This document shows positions 19,743 through 27,005 of a stretch of 64,000 nt of DNA, one piece after another. The position numbers were made by a program, and so were the translations under genes. A model generated the notes under the pieces. That model was not told where the DNA came from. It searched no databases and saw nothing but the letters and a program-made list of their open reading frames with translations. How positions within the stretch are numbered: position 1 is the first letter of the stretch; every line of letters starts with the position of its first letter. The DNA is from Candidatus Nanoarchaeia archaeon (GTDB lineage Archaea > Nanobdellota > Nanobdellia > Woesearchaeales > UBA525): contig JANQNB010000023.1 in the NCBI GenBank assembly GCA_028279755.1, positions 13,390-77,389 on the forward strand, read 5' to 3'.

Positions 19743-20738
19743 TTATGGAAGCTCCCAAACCCGTGAAAACTCTGCGGAGAAGCCTTCTGCGACCTCTTTG
19801 TCGTGAATGATAAGCACGTTCTCGTCGTTCCGCGTATTGCCGTTCTTGCTCGGGTTGTAGCTGCCGAAGATGACGGTTTCCTCATCGATGATGAACACCT
19901 TGTGGTGCATGGTCGCAGGGTTTGAGTCGAAGCGGACATCCAGGCCTGCATCATCGAGTTTCCCGTATTCAGAATACCGGCTTTCCTGGCGTTTTTCAAA
20001 AACTCCTTTCACCTCAACACCCTCAGCATGTTTTTCGATCAGCATTTCTCCTATAGGGTCACTCGTAAAGGAAAAAGTCATGAACTGAATTGTATTTTTG
20101 GTCTTGTCTAATTCCTTGAGCACTTCCTCTTCGCAATCGTCTTCAGGACAGAAATAGTTCTCGATGATAAACTCGTTGTCGCCATCAAAGTGAGTAATTT
20201 TTTCGTATTTTACCTTCTTTTCTTTCTTCCCCTGCAACTCCTCAAACTCATCAAGATAGTTCTGCGCGAGATATGCTCCTTCGATGACCACGAGGTTGTT
20301 GTCGTTCTTGTTGATGCCGTTGTCTGTCGGATTTGTCGAGCCTGTGATCACTGTTTTCTCGTCGAGGATGCAGAACTTGTTGTGCATCAGGCCGCCATGC
20401 GGCGCTTTGATTTCTGTGCCAAAGCCTTCGTAGTAGTCCTCAAATACCAGGACTTCCGCCTCCTTGTCGTCGAGTAACTGTTCAAGCACTTCATAGTCCA
20501 GGTCATAGAATGCGCATTTGACTTCGTCAGCGGTTTCGATCGCTGCAAGCATGGCAGCTTCGCAATCGTCGACCTGGCAGAAGTATACGTCGAAGCTTCC
20601 GTGCTGTTCCGGAACAACTTCGGTGATGATGCTGCCGGTGAGTATTGCATCATGGTTGCCGATGAAAAAGGCGAGGACTGTGACGATGGCTACAAACAGC
20701 AGGAATCTGGGCAAAGGTTTCCGCAAAAGCCATTTCAT
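19743..20738 (-). CDS. phospholipase D / Nuc-like phosphodiesterase with N-terminal TM anchor
   Basis: Two HKD motifs: MHNKFCILDEKTVITGSTNPTDNG and MHHKVFIIDEETVIFGSYNPSKNG. Confidence 0.8.
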   Translation of the reverse strand: MKWLLRKPLPRFLLFVAIVTVLAFFIGNHDAILTGSIITEVVPEQHGSFDVYFCQVDDCEAAMLAAIETADEVKCAFYDLDYEVLEQLLDDKEAEVLVFEDYYEGFGTEIKAPHGGLMHNKFCILDEKTVITGSTNPTDNGINKNDNNLVVIEGAYLAQNYLDEFEELQGKKEKKVKYEKITHFDGDNEFIIENYFCPEDDCEEEVLKELDKTKNTIQFMTFSFTSDPIGEMLIEKHAEGVEVKGVFEKRQESRYSEYGKLDDAGLDVRFDSNPATMHHKVFIIDEETVIFGSYNPSKNGNTRNDENVLIIHDKEVAEGFSAEFSRVWELP

Positions 20739-20771
20739 AACGCGGATTGGAGCATGGCTGATACTTAAGCC

Positions 20772-21236
20772 TTACTTTTTCCTGGCCGAATGCTCGTTGA
20801 GCCAGGCGAAGCTCTTCCGCAAGCTCGGCTTTGTCTGCGCCTGCTGCTTCTGGAGCTGTTCCAGGAGTTTTCGCACGTCATCTTCCGGCGCGAGCGGCTT
20901 GCCGGTGAGCTTGTGCCGTTTCGCATAGGTGAGAATCATGGCTTCCGGGATCGTCGCCATGAGGAGTGTGAATTTGTTCTTGTCGTCTTTGTCCTCGAGA
21001 TAACTCCGTAACTCCCTGACCAATTCGTTCTCGAGCGAGGTGGGTATGAAGGCATTCTTCCTTTTGGTGTTCTTGGGGACAATGACAATCTTGGCCCTGT
21101 CCTGCAGGATGCTTGTCAGGAGTGTTTTCAGGACCTTGCACTCTACACTTTTCGTGTCGATAAGAAAGAGTTCGTTCTTGATCTCGTGAGGACGCAGCTC
21201 TTTCCGGACAAGCTGTTCGATCTTGCTTTTGGCCAT
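20772..21236 (-). CDS. hypothetical protein
   Basis: 154-aa ORF of coding-like composition with no confident motif. Confidence 0.45.
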   Translation of the reverse strand: MAKSKIEQLVRKELRPHEIKNELFLIDTKSVECKVLKTLLTSILQDRAKIVIVPKNTKRKNAFIPTSLENELVRELRSYLEDKDDKNKFTLLMATIPEAMILTYAKRHKLTGKPLAPEDDVRKLLEQLQKQQAQTKPSLRKSFAWLNEHSARKK

Positions 21237-21468
21237 CAGGCGCTGGAATAGGGGCTAGCTTAATGCCTTTTCGTTCTCATTCTGGAATGGTTACAACAGC
21301 GCAACATTTAAAAAGAAAATCTCTATTCCGGAGTGATAACGCCTGTTGGCGGGCACGGGGGTGAAGCGCACAATCACAACTATTGCTTCTCACCTCTTTT
21401 TCCCGGGAAGGCCCTTCGCTTTGCGCGAGGGGTTTTCTCGGGTTTGATTTTGAGAACTGGGAATAGGT

Positions 21469-21561
21469 TTAATCCTCTTCTGCTTCTTCAGACTGACAAC
21501 AAAACTCCTTTTCCTTCTCGCTCAACTTCTTCATGTGGCCGCCGCCACATCCGCATCCCAT
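21469..21561 (-). CDS. candidate 30-aa Cys-rich small protein (MGCGCGGGHMKKLSEKEKEFCCQSEEAEED)
   Basis: Too short for the ORF track. GAGGTGA lies 5 nt upstream of the ATG, in an otherwise unassigned gap downstream of the ACT-domain gene. Confidence 0.4.
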   Translation of the reverse strand: MGCGCGGGHMKKLSEKEKEFCCQSEEAEED

Positions 21562-21649
21562 GAATTTCACCTCAAAGTATTTTCTCCCTGAAAGCGCTCC
21601 ACGATATTTATCAATATCGTGCATACTTGAACAAGAATTATATAAATGG

Positions 21650-22315
21650 CTATCTGGTGAGGCTCAGCACTGCTTCATGCGCACGCATCAGGTTCTCCTC
21701 GGCGAGGAAGATGCTAATGCGCGGCTCTGCGCTGATGATCGCAAGGATGTTCACCCCGTAGTTCGCGATCTCGTTCGACAAGCGGGCCATCACTCCTTTG
21801 CTGTCCCAACCGTCAGCCGTCAAAGTGAGCGACAACTCGGCTAAGCCTTCCTGGATCTCGATGATGTTCCCCTCGGGAAAGAAGGTCTTGGCGCGTCCCA
21901 ATGATTCTGAATCGATCATGCACAAGGTCTCGTTCCTGCTCTTGATCAGGCGGAAGATCTCGCTCTTGTAGAATTCCGGATCCTTCATCAGGTCGCTCAG
22001 ATACTTGTACAGGTTCGTGCTGTTCTTGAGCTGCAGGCCCGTGATCTTGGTTTTGGTCGTGACGACCGCTTCCTTCAATGCCTGGCGCACGCCTGCTGTC
22101 AGCTCCTGCACTTCCTCGCTCGCCTTGTAGCGCCGGATCGCGCTGATCACGCTGTCGAGACTGCCTTCAAGGCCGTGCTGCTCTTTCAGGTAGGCAGCGA
22201 GTCCTGAGACGTTGATCACGCCTCTGGCAAGGTCTTTCCTGATGCTCGGGTCCTCATCGATGAGAGCCCACACTCTCTTCGTGATACTTGTCATACCTGC
22301 ACTGAATCCGGTCAA
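21650..22315 (-). CDS. ACT-domain protein with N-terminal HTH-like region
   Basis: C-terminal LSLTLTADGWDSKGVMARLSNEIANYGVNILAIISAE is ACT-like. The start may be the internal MTSITK. Confidence 0.5.
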   Translation of the reverse strand: MTGFSAGMTSITKRVWALIDEDPSIRKDLARGVINVSGLAAYLKEQHGLEGSLDSVISAIRRYKASEEVQELTAGVRQALKEAVVTTKTKITGLQLKNSTNLYKYLSDLMKDPEFYKSEIFRLIKSRNETLCMIDSESLGRAKTFFPEGNIIEIQEGLAELSLTLTADGWDSKGVMARLSNEIANYGVNILAIISAEPRISIFLAEENLMRAHEAVLSLTR

Positions 22316-22391
22316 GCTTTAAAAATTTACTGTCGAAATGATTCATATCAGGATAATAAGTTTTAAAACTAACAAATCTATCCACGAGAAC

Positions 22392-23228
22392 ATGGTAGGG
22401 CGTGTTGCATGCATACTCATTCTTCTCCTGCTTGCGGCCTGCGCCAGCGAGCCGCAACTCGAGCCGCTGAATGAGACAAACCAGACGGAAAACGTCACAG
22501 TGCCTGAGCCAGAGGCGCCGGTCGTTGAACCTGTCGACGAAGATCCTGAACAGCCGCCAGTACAGCCTCCTGAGAGAACGCCAATTGAGAAAGCGCCAGT
22601 GCCTGACTGGCTTGCCACGTTTGCGAACAAGGCGCCGAGCTACAGCTACATCATCCAGGATGAAACCCTTGGCGAGGTCATGATCAGGATGCAGCCTGGC
22701 GAGATCCAATACCGGCCGCTCGAGTACTTCTTCGAGGTCGAAGACGACGTGATCACGCTGTCGCGCATTGAGCTCGAAGATGCGGACGAGGACCTGGTCG
22801 AGGACATCGAACAAGGCGATGAAGTCCTCATCCATTACGCGTGGAAGAGCGGGAACAATCCGGTGAGCGGGTGCTACCTCCACAGCAGTCGGCGCTTCGC
22901 GTACGAGGTCGAGAACTGCATCGACGTCGCGGATGTGCAGCTCATCCACGAGAACCTTGCCTTCCCGGTCGAGCTCGTGCTCGCGCACGACTGGTACGAG
23001 CGCTATTTCGACGAACTCCCGTACAAGACCGAGCAAGGCTACGATCACGAGGATGATTATTCTGACCGGGATTATATCGCGACGCGCGCGTATTACGACA
23101 ACGGCGACGGCACCACGACCGTGCTGTACGTCGAGGAGTTCTTCAAGTTCATCCTGAAAGTGCAAGTGCTCAACAAGGACAATCTTGTTCTGGAAGATTA
23201 CGAGTACGGCGGCCTGACGCTGGGGTGA
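22392..23228 (+). CDS. putative lipoprotein with acidic/Pro-rich linker
   Basis: Start moved to MVGRVACILILLLLAACAS (lipobox). The 3' end overlaps the convergent LAGLIDADG-like ORF by 31 nt. Confidence 0.6.
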   Translation: MVGRVACILILLLLAACASEPQLEPLNETNQTENVTVPEPEAPVVEPVDEDPEQPPVQPPERTPIEKAPVPDWLATFANKAPSYSYIIQDETLGEVMIRMQPGEIQYRPLEYFFEVEDDVITLSRIELEDADEDLVEDIEQGDEVLIHYAWKSGNNPVSGCYLHSSRRFAYEVENCIDVADVQLIHENLAFPVELVLAHDWYERYFDELPYKTEQGYDHEDDYSDRDYIATRAYYDNGDGTTTVLYVEEFFKFILKVQVLNKDNLVLEDYEYGGLTLG

Positions 23229-23803
23229 AGATGTTCTTGAATCAGATCGATCACTCTTCTTAGAAGCACATCACTTACATAAATATGGCAGATTCCTGTT
23301 GGAGATGTCGCGTTTGATTTTTCAAACAATCTAATTTGTTCTGGTGACACATTTAGCTTCGCTCTCCAGTATTGTTCAACTTTTTCAGAAGGATCTTTTA
23401 CGAAAATCTGAACTGCACCCACAGGCAGATCAATCCTCTTGAGCAACCACTGACGCTCAAGTTCGTCGAGAACTGCTCGCATGTCTTTCGCATTCGAATT
23501 AGTAATAGTCACCCGACGATAGTTCGATTTTCCTAGTTTATTCGCACCTTCACCCTCGAGAAATCCCAAAACCCAAAAGAAAGATGAACTAAGTTCAATT
23601 CGACTAGGAAATAATCGCTTCACTAGTCGAGGTACAGCGGAGTTCAAGACGCGATAAAAAACTAGAATCTCCTTCTCAGAAACTTGCTCAACTTCCAGGG
23701 AATATTCCGCACTAGTTGTCCAAGAGGGATATGTGAGTTTACCTTCAACAACTGGTTGCAGTTCTAGCCACTGTCCGAGTTCCGCACAAATTTCCGATTT
23801 CAT
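23198..23803 (-). CDS. LAGLIDADG homing-endonuclease-like protein, single motif, free-standing
   Basis: 201 aa from MKSEICAELG. FFWVLGFLEGEGANKLGKSNYRRVTITNSNAKDMRAVLDEL fits a LAGLIDADG-type helix plus following strands. Visibly AT-richer than its neighbours, with its own CTTATAAG box upstream. The track's 315-aa version runs through the tRNA. Confidence 0.5.
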   Translation of the reverse strand: MKSEICAELGQWLELQPVVEGKLTYPSWTTSAEYSLEVEQVSEKEILVFYRVLNSAVPRLVKRLFPSRIELSSSFFWVLGFLEGEGANKLGKSNYRRVTITNSNAKDMRAVLDELERQWLLKRIDLPVGAVQIFVKDPSEKVEQYWRAKLNVSPEQIRLFEKSNATSPTGICHIYVSDVLLRRVIDLIQEHLHPSVRPPYS

Positions 23804-23874
23804 ACTAAAACCTTGAAATCGTGAAATTTGAAGGAAGGAGGGCTTATAAGCGCTGCGTACGGTTGACCAGTGCT

Positions 23875-23919
23875 TAAAAAAGAAAAACGGAGGACTTCCG
23901 AAAAATCCGGAAGCCCTCC
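23875..23919 (-). terminator. 12-bp hairpin plus T-runs directly after the tRNA
   Basis: Reverse strand reads GGAGGGCTTCCG-GATTTTT-CGGAAGTCCTCC, followed by GTTTTTCTTTTTT. Confidence 0.6.
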
Positions 23920-23923
23920 TGAG

Positions 23924-24082
23924 TAGCGGGGGGAGGATTTGAATTCGGCGGGGACCAGCACTCGACTGTATCCCCTCCTCCGACCTCCGGGTCTCTCCTG
24001 TTCCGAAGAACGGTATGAGCCCGACGGGCACTCCTAGTTGGGCGTTCTGCCAAACGAGGCAGGAACTCTGCCCTACCCCGCT
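23924..24082 (-). tRNA. initiator tRNA-Met (CAT) carrying three insertions/introns (D-arm ~30 nt, canonical 37/38 21 nt, T-arm 33 nt)
   Basis: Reverse strand reads AGCGGGG-TA-GGGC-[40 nt incl. D-loop]-GCCC-G-TCGGG-CTCATA-[21 nt]-A-CCCGG-AGGTC-GGAGG-[33 nt]-TTCAAAT-CCTCC-CCCCGCT-A. It has A1:U72, three G:C pairs at the base of the anticodon stem and a CAU anticodon. Confidence 0.85.
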
Positions 24083-24104
24083 GGGTACGGCGAACTCGAG
24101 GCGC

Positions 24105-24112
24105 TTTATAAA
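24105..24112 (-). promoter_or_regulatory. TATA box of the tRNA-iMet gene
   Basis: TTTATAAA ends 22 nt upstream of tRNA position 1. Confidence 0.6.
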
Positions 24113-24244
24113 GCTTTGGCGTTGTCGCACCACTGCGGCAGCCATCCGCTATCACTCCCTACGTGTATCAGATTCAGTAAGTCTACAAGTGCAATACAGA
24201 GGCTGTCAAGGCAGTGGTGCTACTGTCTGCAATGAGAAAGCGTG

Positions 24245-24358
24245 ATCAGTCCCACCAGCATTCGATGGCGTCGTCAGCTGGCGTGCGCTGGCCAAGATCC
24301 TCCACACGCGGGTCCCGATACAATCGCATCCTCTCTGGACTCTTTGCTGACATCTTCA
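24245..24358 (-). CDS. small protein A of the ECWWD family (37 aa, or 35 aa from the second ATG)
   Basis: MKMSAKSPERMRLYRDPRVEDLGQRTPADDAIECWWD. GGAGG lies 8 nt before the second ATG (24352), and TATGTATAAATA sits upstream. Confidence 0.6.
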
Positions 24359-24441
24359 TCCCCTCCAGTGTATGCTAAGGTATGAAGGTATTTATACATA
24401 TGCAGCCGAAAACGTATCAAAGAGGTCGCATTTCGCCGTTT

Positions 24442-24570
24442 TCAGTCCCACCAGCACTCGACACGGTCGTCAGCATCTGTGCGCTTGTCCAGCTCGACCA
24501 GTCGTTCCTCGTAGGGCTTCGGCTTGTATTTCTGTTTTTTCGGCCTTTTCACCAGCTTGGGCTTTTTCAT
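24442..24570 (-). CDS. small protein B of the ECWWD family (42 aa)
   Basis: MKKPKLVKRPKKQKYKPKPYEERLVELDKRTDADDRVECWWD, with AGGTG upstream. Confidence 0.6.
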   Translation of the reverse strand: MKKPKLVKRPKKQKYKPKPYEERLVELDKRTDADDRVECWWD

Positions 24571-24674
24571 AGGAGCACACCTACTAGCTCCTGTTGGCGT
24601 AAGCAGGGAGAAGTAAAACAACTATTTATTGATAGTGACCGAGAATTGGGCAAAACAGGCTGTAATGGCCGGAA

Positions 24675-24767
24675 TCAGTCCCACCAGCACTCGACACGGT
24701 CGTCAGCAGGGCCTTTAGGACCGAGCTCTGTGACACGTGGATCGTTGGTATTGGACTTTGAATTCAT
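24675..24767 (-). CDS. small protein C of the ECWWD family (30 aa)
   Basis: MNSKSNTNDPRVTELGPKGPADDRVECWWD. Compared with copy A it carries multiple synonymous differences in the conserved tail (GAC/GAT, CCG/CCA, GTG/GTC, CTT/CTC, GGC/GGT, GAA/GAG). Confidence 0.6.
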   Translation of the reverse strand: MNSKSNTNDPRVTELGPKGPADDRVECWWD

Positions 24768-24869
24768 GTGTTTGCCCCCAATTATATTAACTACTAAGAA
24801 GTGGTAAAACTAATATATAAAATTTTCGATTGTGCTTTTAAACAGCCTGTACTGGCAGAATTCAACAGA

Positions 24870-25718
24870 TCACGCTGGATCGATGTGCACAAAGGCCTTG
24901 TTCACTTCTGGCAAGCGCTCGATATCATGCTGCACGCTCATGGCAATCGTGTGTGCGACGCCCGAAGCGACGCGGGAATTGACCAGGATGTGGATCTCGA
25001 CATGGACATAACTGCCGACATAATGGCTCCGAATCTTATGGATGCCGCGCACGCCGCGGACAGCGCTGGCCGCATGCCGGATCTTGTGATCCAGGGATTT
25101 CGGCGGAGCAGCACCCAAGAGATAGTCGACATTCTTCCTGCCAAGCTTATACGCTTCGTTGAACAGGAAGATGCTGATGATCAGGGCTGCGACGTCATCC
25201 AGCCAGGGAAAGCCGGTCGAGGCGAAGACCAGGCCTGCAAGGGCTGTGCACGTGATCAGCACGTCGTTCCTGCTGTCGTCGCTGGTCGCGAACAAGGCCG
25301 GGCTGCGCGCCTTCAAGGCAGCGACATGGGCCTCGTGGCTGAGCAGGATCTTCGCGACGATCGCTATGAGCAGGCTCGCCACGATCAGCCAGTCGAGATG
25401 GTGCGGGCCGCTGCCGCCAATGAGGTTGAAAGCCGCGCTCCGTAGGAATTCGAAGGCGGCGATGCCCATCAGGATCGCGATGACAAACGCCACCATGGGC
25501 TCTGCCCGGGCGTGGCCGAACGGATGCCCTTTGTCCGCTTTCTTATGGCTCTCCCTGACGCTCCAATGCACGCCGAAGCTGTAGAGCATGTCCAACAGAG
25601 AATTTGTCGCGTCTGCGAGCACAGCGAGAGAGTTTGCTGCGATGCCAGCGAAGAGTTTCAGGATGAAGAGCGTGCCATTAATGACGATCGAAAGAACCGT
25701 GACTCGCTTCGCGTGCAC
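24870..25718 (-). CDS. cation diffusion facilitator (CDF) family metal efflux transporter
   Basis: LFAGIAANSLAVLADATNSLLD ... GHPFGHARAEP; six TM helices plus a C-terminal cytoplasmic domain. Confidence 0.8.
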   Translation of the reverse strand: MHAKRVTVLSIVINGTLFILKLFAGIAANSLAVLADATNSLLDMLYSFGVHWSVRESHKKADKGHPFGHARAEPMVAFVIAILMGIAAFEFLRSAAFNLIGGSGPHHLDWLIVASLLIAIVAKILLSHEAHVAALKARSPALFATSDDSRNDVLITCTALAGLVFASTGFPWLDDVAALIISIFLFNEAYKLGRKNVDYLLGAAPPKSLDHKIRHAASAVRGVRGIHKIRSHYVGSYVHVEIHILVNSRVASGVAHTIAMSVQHDIERLPEVNKAFVHIDPA

Positions 25719-25769
25719 CTACCCACCTCTTGGACAGCAACGAGAAGGTTGAGGTTAAAAAGGTTTTGG

Positions 25770-26972
25770 CTAGCTTCGCAGCCAGGCCGCTTCTTCAGGG
25801 TCGAGCTCAAGCTGCTCGCTGATCATTGAGGCTGTTGCTTTGTCGTTCTGGAAGATGGGCTTGAGCAGGAGCACATCATTGAGCACGCGTCGCGTGCTTG
25901 CATGACTCGCCGCGCCGAGCTTTTCCGCGATGGCTTTCTTCTTCGCGTTGCGCGCGTTCGCCATCCAGATCATCAAGGGGCGCGAAGAGCGCTTGTACTT
26001 CGGCACTGTCGCGTACTTCTCCTTCTTTGCCAAAGCGATGCCGGCAGTGAAGAGCTTGTAGATGTAAACGTAGAAACGGTAGTACTGCCATCGCCGGATG
26101 CGACCGAAGAATTTGTCAGCCTCAGCCAGGACGTCGTAGGCGTTTGCCAAGTCTTCCGGTTTTGTGTATTCCTTCGGCAGGTTCGCATCGATCCAGAGGA
26201 AGAGCTGGTCGATATCCACGTCGACATTGTCGAACGCTGGCAAGGCGACGTCTGCGCTTGTGGTTTTGAAGACGCGCGTGAGCGCTTGCTCGATCGCTTC
26301 TTTCTGTTCCCGCTCGCCCAGCGCTTCGAGCTCTTGCATCGTGATTTTTTTCCCGTCGCTGAGTGTCTGCAGGTCGTTGATCGCGGCGCGGGCGTCACCG
26401 CCGACACGGTGCGCGATGGCACTGATCGCTTTGTCTTCTGCTGCGATCTTCTCTGATTTCGCGATGCGCGTCAGCAAGACAGCGATGTCTTTTGCGGAAA
26501 GCGGGTCGAACGCGACGCACTCCGCCGCTTTCTTCAAGGCTTTCAGTTTCTTGCTCTCTACATCGTTGCACGTCACGATGACAGGAAAGCGCGCGTCCTT
26601 CACCAGCGCGATCACTGCCTGGATCCCGCCGCGGTCCTTCATGCCTGACAAGCCGTCAGCCTCGTCGACAAGGATGACCTTGCCTTTGAAGAACAGGCTT
26701 TGTTGGTTCAAGGCAGCGCCGAGCAATTCGTTGATCGCCGCTTTGTTGCGTACGTCGCTGGCGTTGACTTCGATCACTTCGAGATCCAGCTCTTCGGCAA
26801 GCGCGTACACGCTCGCGGTTTTGCCTGTGCCAGGCGGCCCGTAGAGCAGGAGCGGCTTCGCTCCCTTGGCATGCGATGACACAAACTGTCGAATGCGTTC
26901 GACTCCTTTGTCTTGGCCAACGACCTCCTTCGCGCTGTACGGCGCGTGCTTGCGGATCCATGGGAGTGGCAT
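25770..26972 (-). CDS. rfcL: replication factor C large subunit
   Basis: PWIRKHAP...VVGQD...[19 protein letters not shown]...EVNASDVRNK, then ILVDEADG. Confidence 0.85.
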   Translation of the reverse strand: MPLPWIRKHAPYSAKEVVGQDKGVERIRQFVSSHAKGAKPLLLYGPPGTGKTASVYALAEELDLEVIEVNASDVRNKAAINELLGAALNQQSLFFKGKVILVDEADGLSGMKDRGGIQAVIALVKDARFPVIVTCNDVESKKLKALKKAAECVAFDPLSAKDIAVLLTRIAKSEKIAAEDKAISAIAHRVGGDARAAINDLQTLSDGKKITMQELEALGEREQKEAIEQALTRVFKTTSADVALPAFDNVDVDIDQLFLWIDANLPKEYTKPEDLANAYDVLAEADKFFGRIRRWQYYRFYVYIYKLFTAGIALAKKEKYATVPKYKRSSRPLMIWMANARNAKKKAIAEKLGAASHASTRRVLNDVLLLKPIFQNDKATASMISEQLELDPEEAAWLRS

Positions 26973-27005
26973 GGAGAAATGGGAAAGATGTTTGCTTTTA
27001 ATGCT

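Noticed and set aside
21333-21440. C/D-box sRNA or other small RNA downstream of the ATTTAAAAAG box (GGAGTGATAACGCC...)
   Set aside because: AGTGATAA and GGTGAAG only loosely resemble C/C' boxes, and no CTGA D boxes occur at the required spacing. The region is left as unassigned rather than called.
23875-24112. SRP (7S) RNA or RNase P RNA
   Set aside because: I considered these first, because of partial resemblance to SRP helix-8-like strings (AGGTCGGA, GTGCTGGTC) and the clear promoter and terminator. There is no GNAR tetraloop/AGCA motif or CR-I/CR-V boxes. The sequence resolves completely as an initiator tRNA once three insertions are removed.
23804-24145. N-terminal extension of the 315-aa ORF 23198-24145
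   Set aside because: It reads straight through the tRNA-iMet, its terminator hairpin and its promoter. The translated sequence (…PPFFFFKHWSTVRS…) is junk. The LAGLIDADG-like gene starts at ATG 23803.
24245-24707. CRISPR-like array of three ~33-nt direct repeats
   Set aside because: Repeat spacing is 197 and 233 nt, far longer than CRISPR spacers, and there are only three copies. The repeats coincide with the 3' ends of small ORFs and show synonymous-site divergence, which indicates protein coding.
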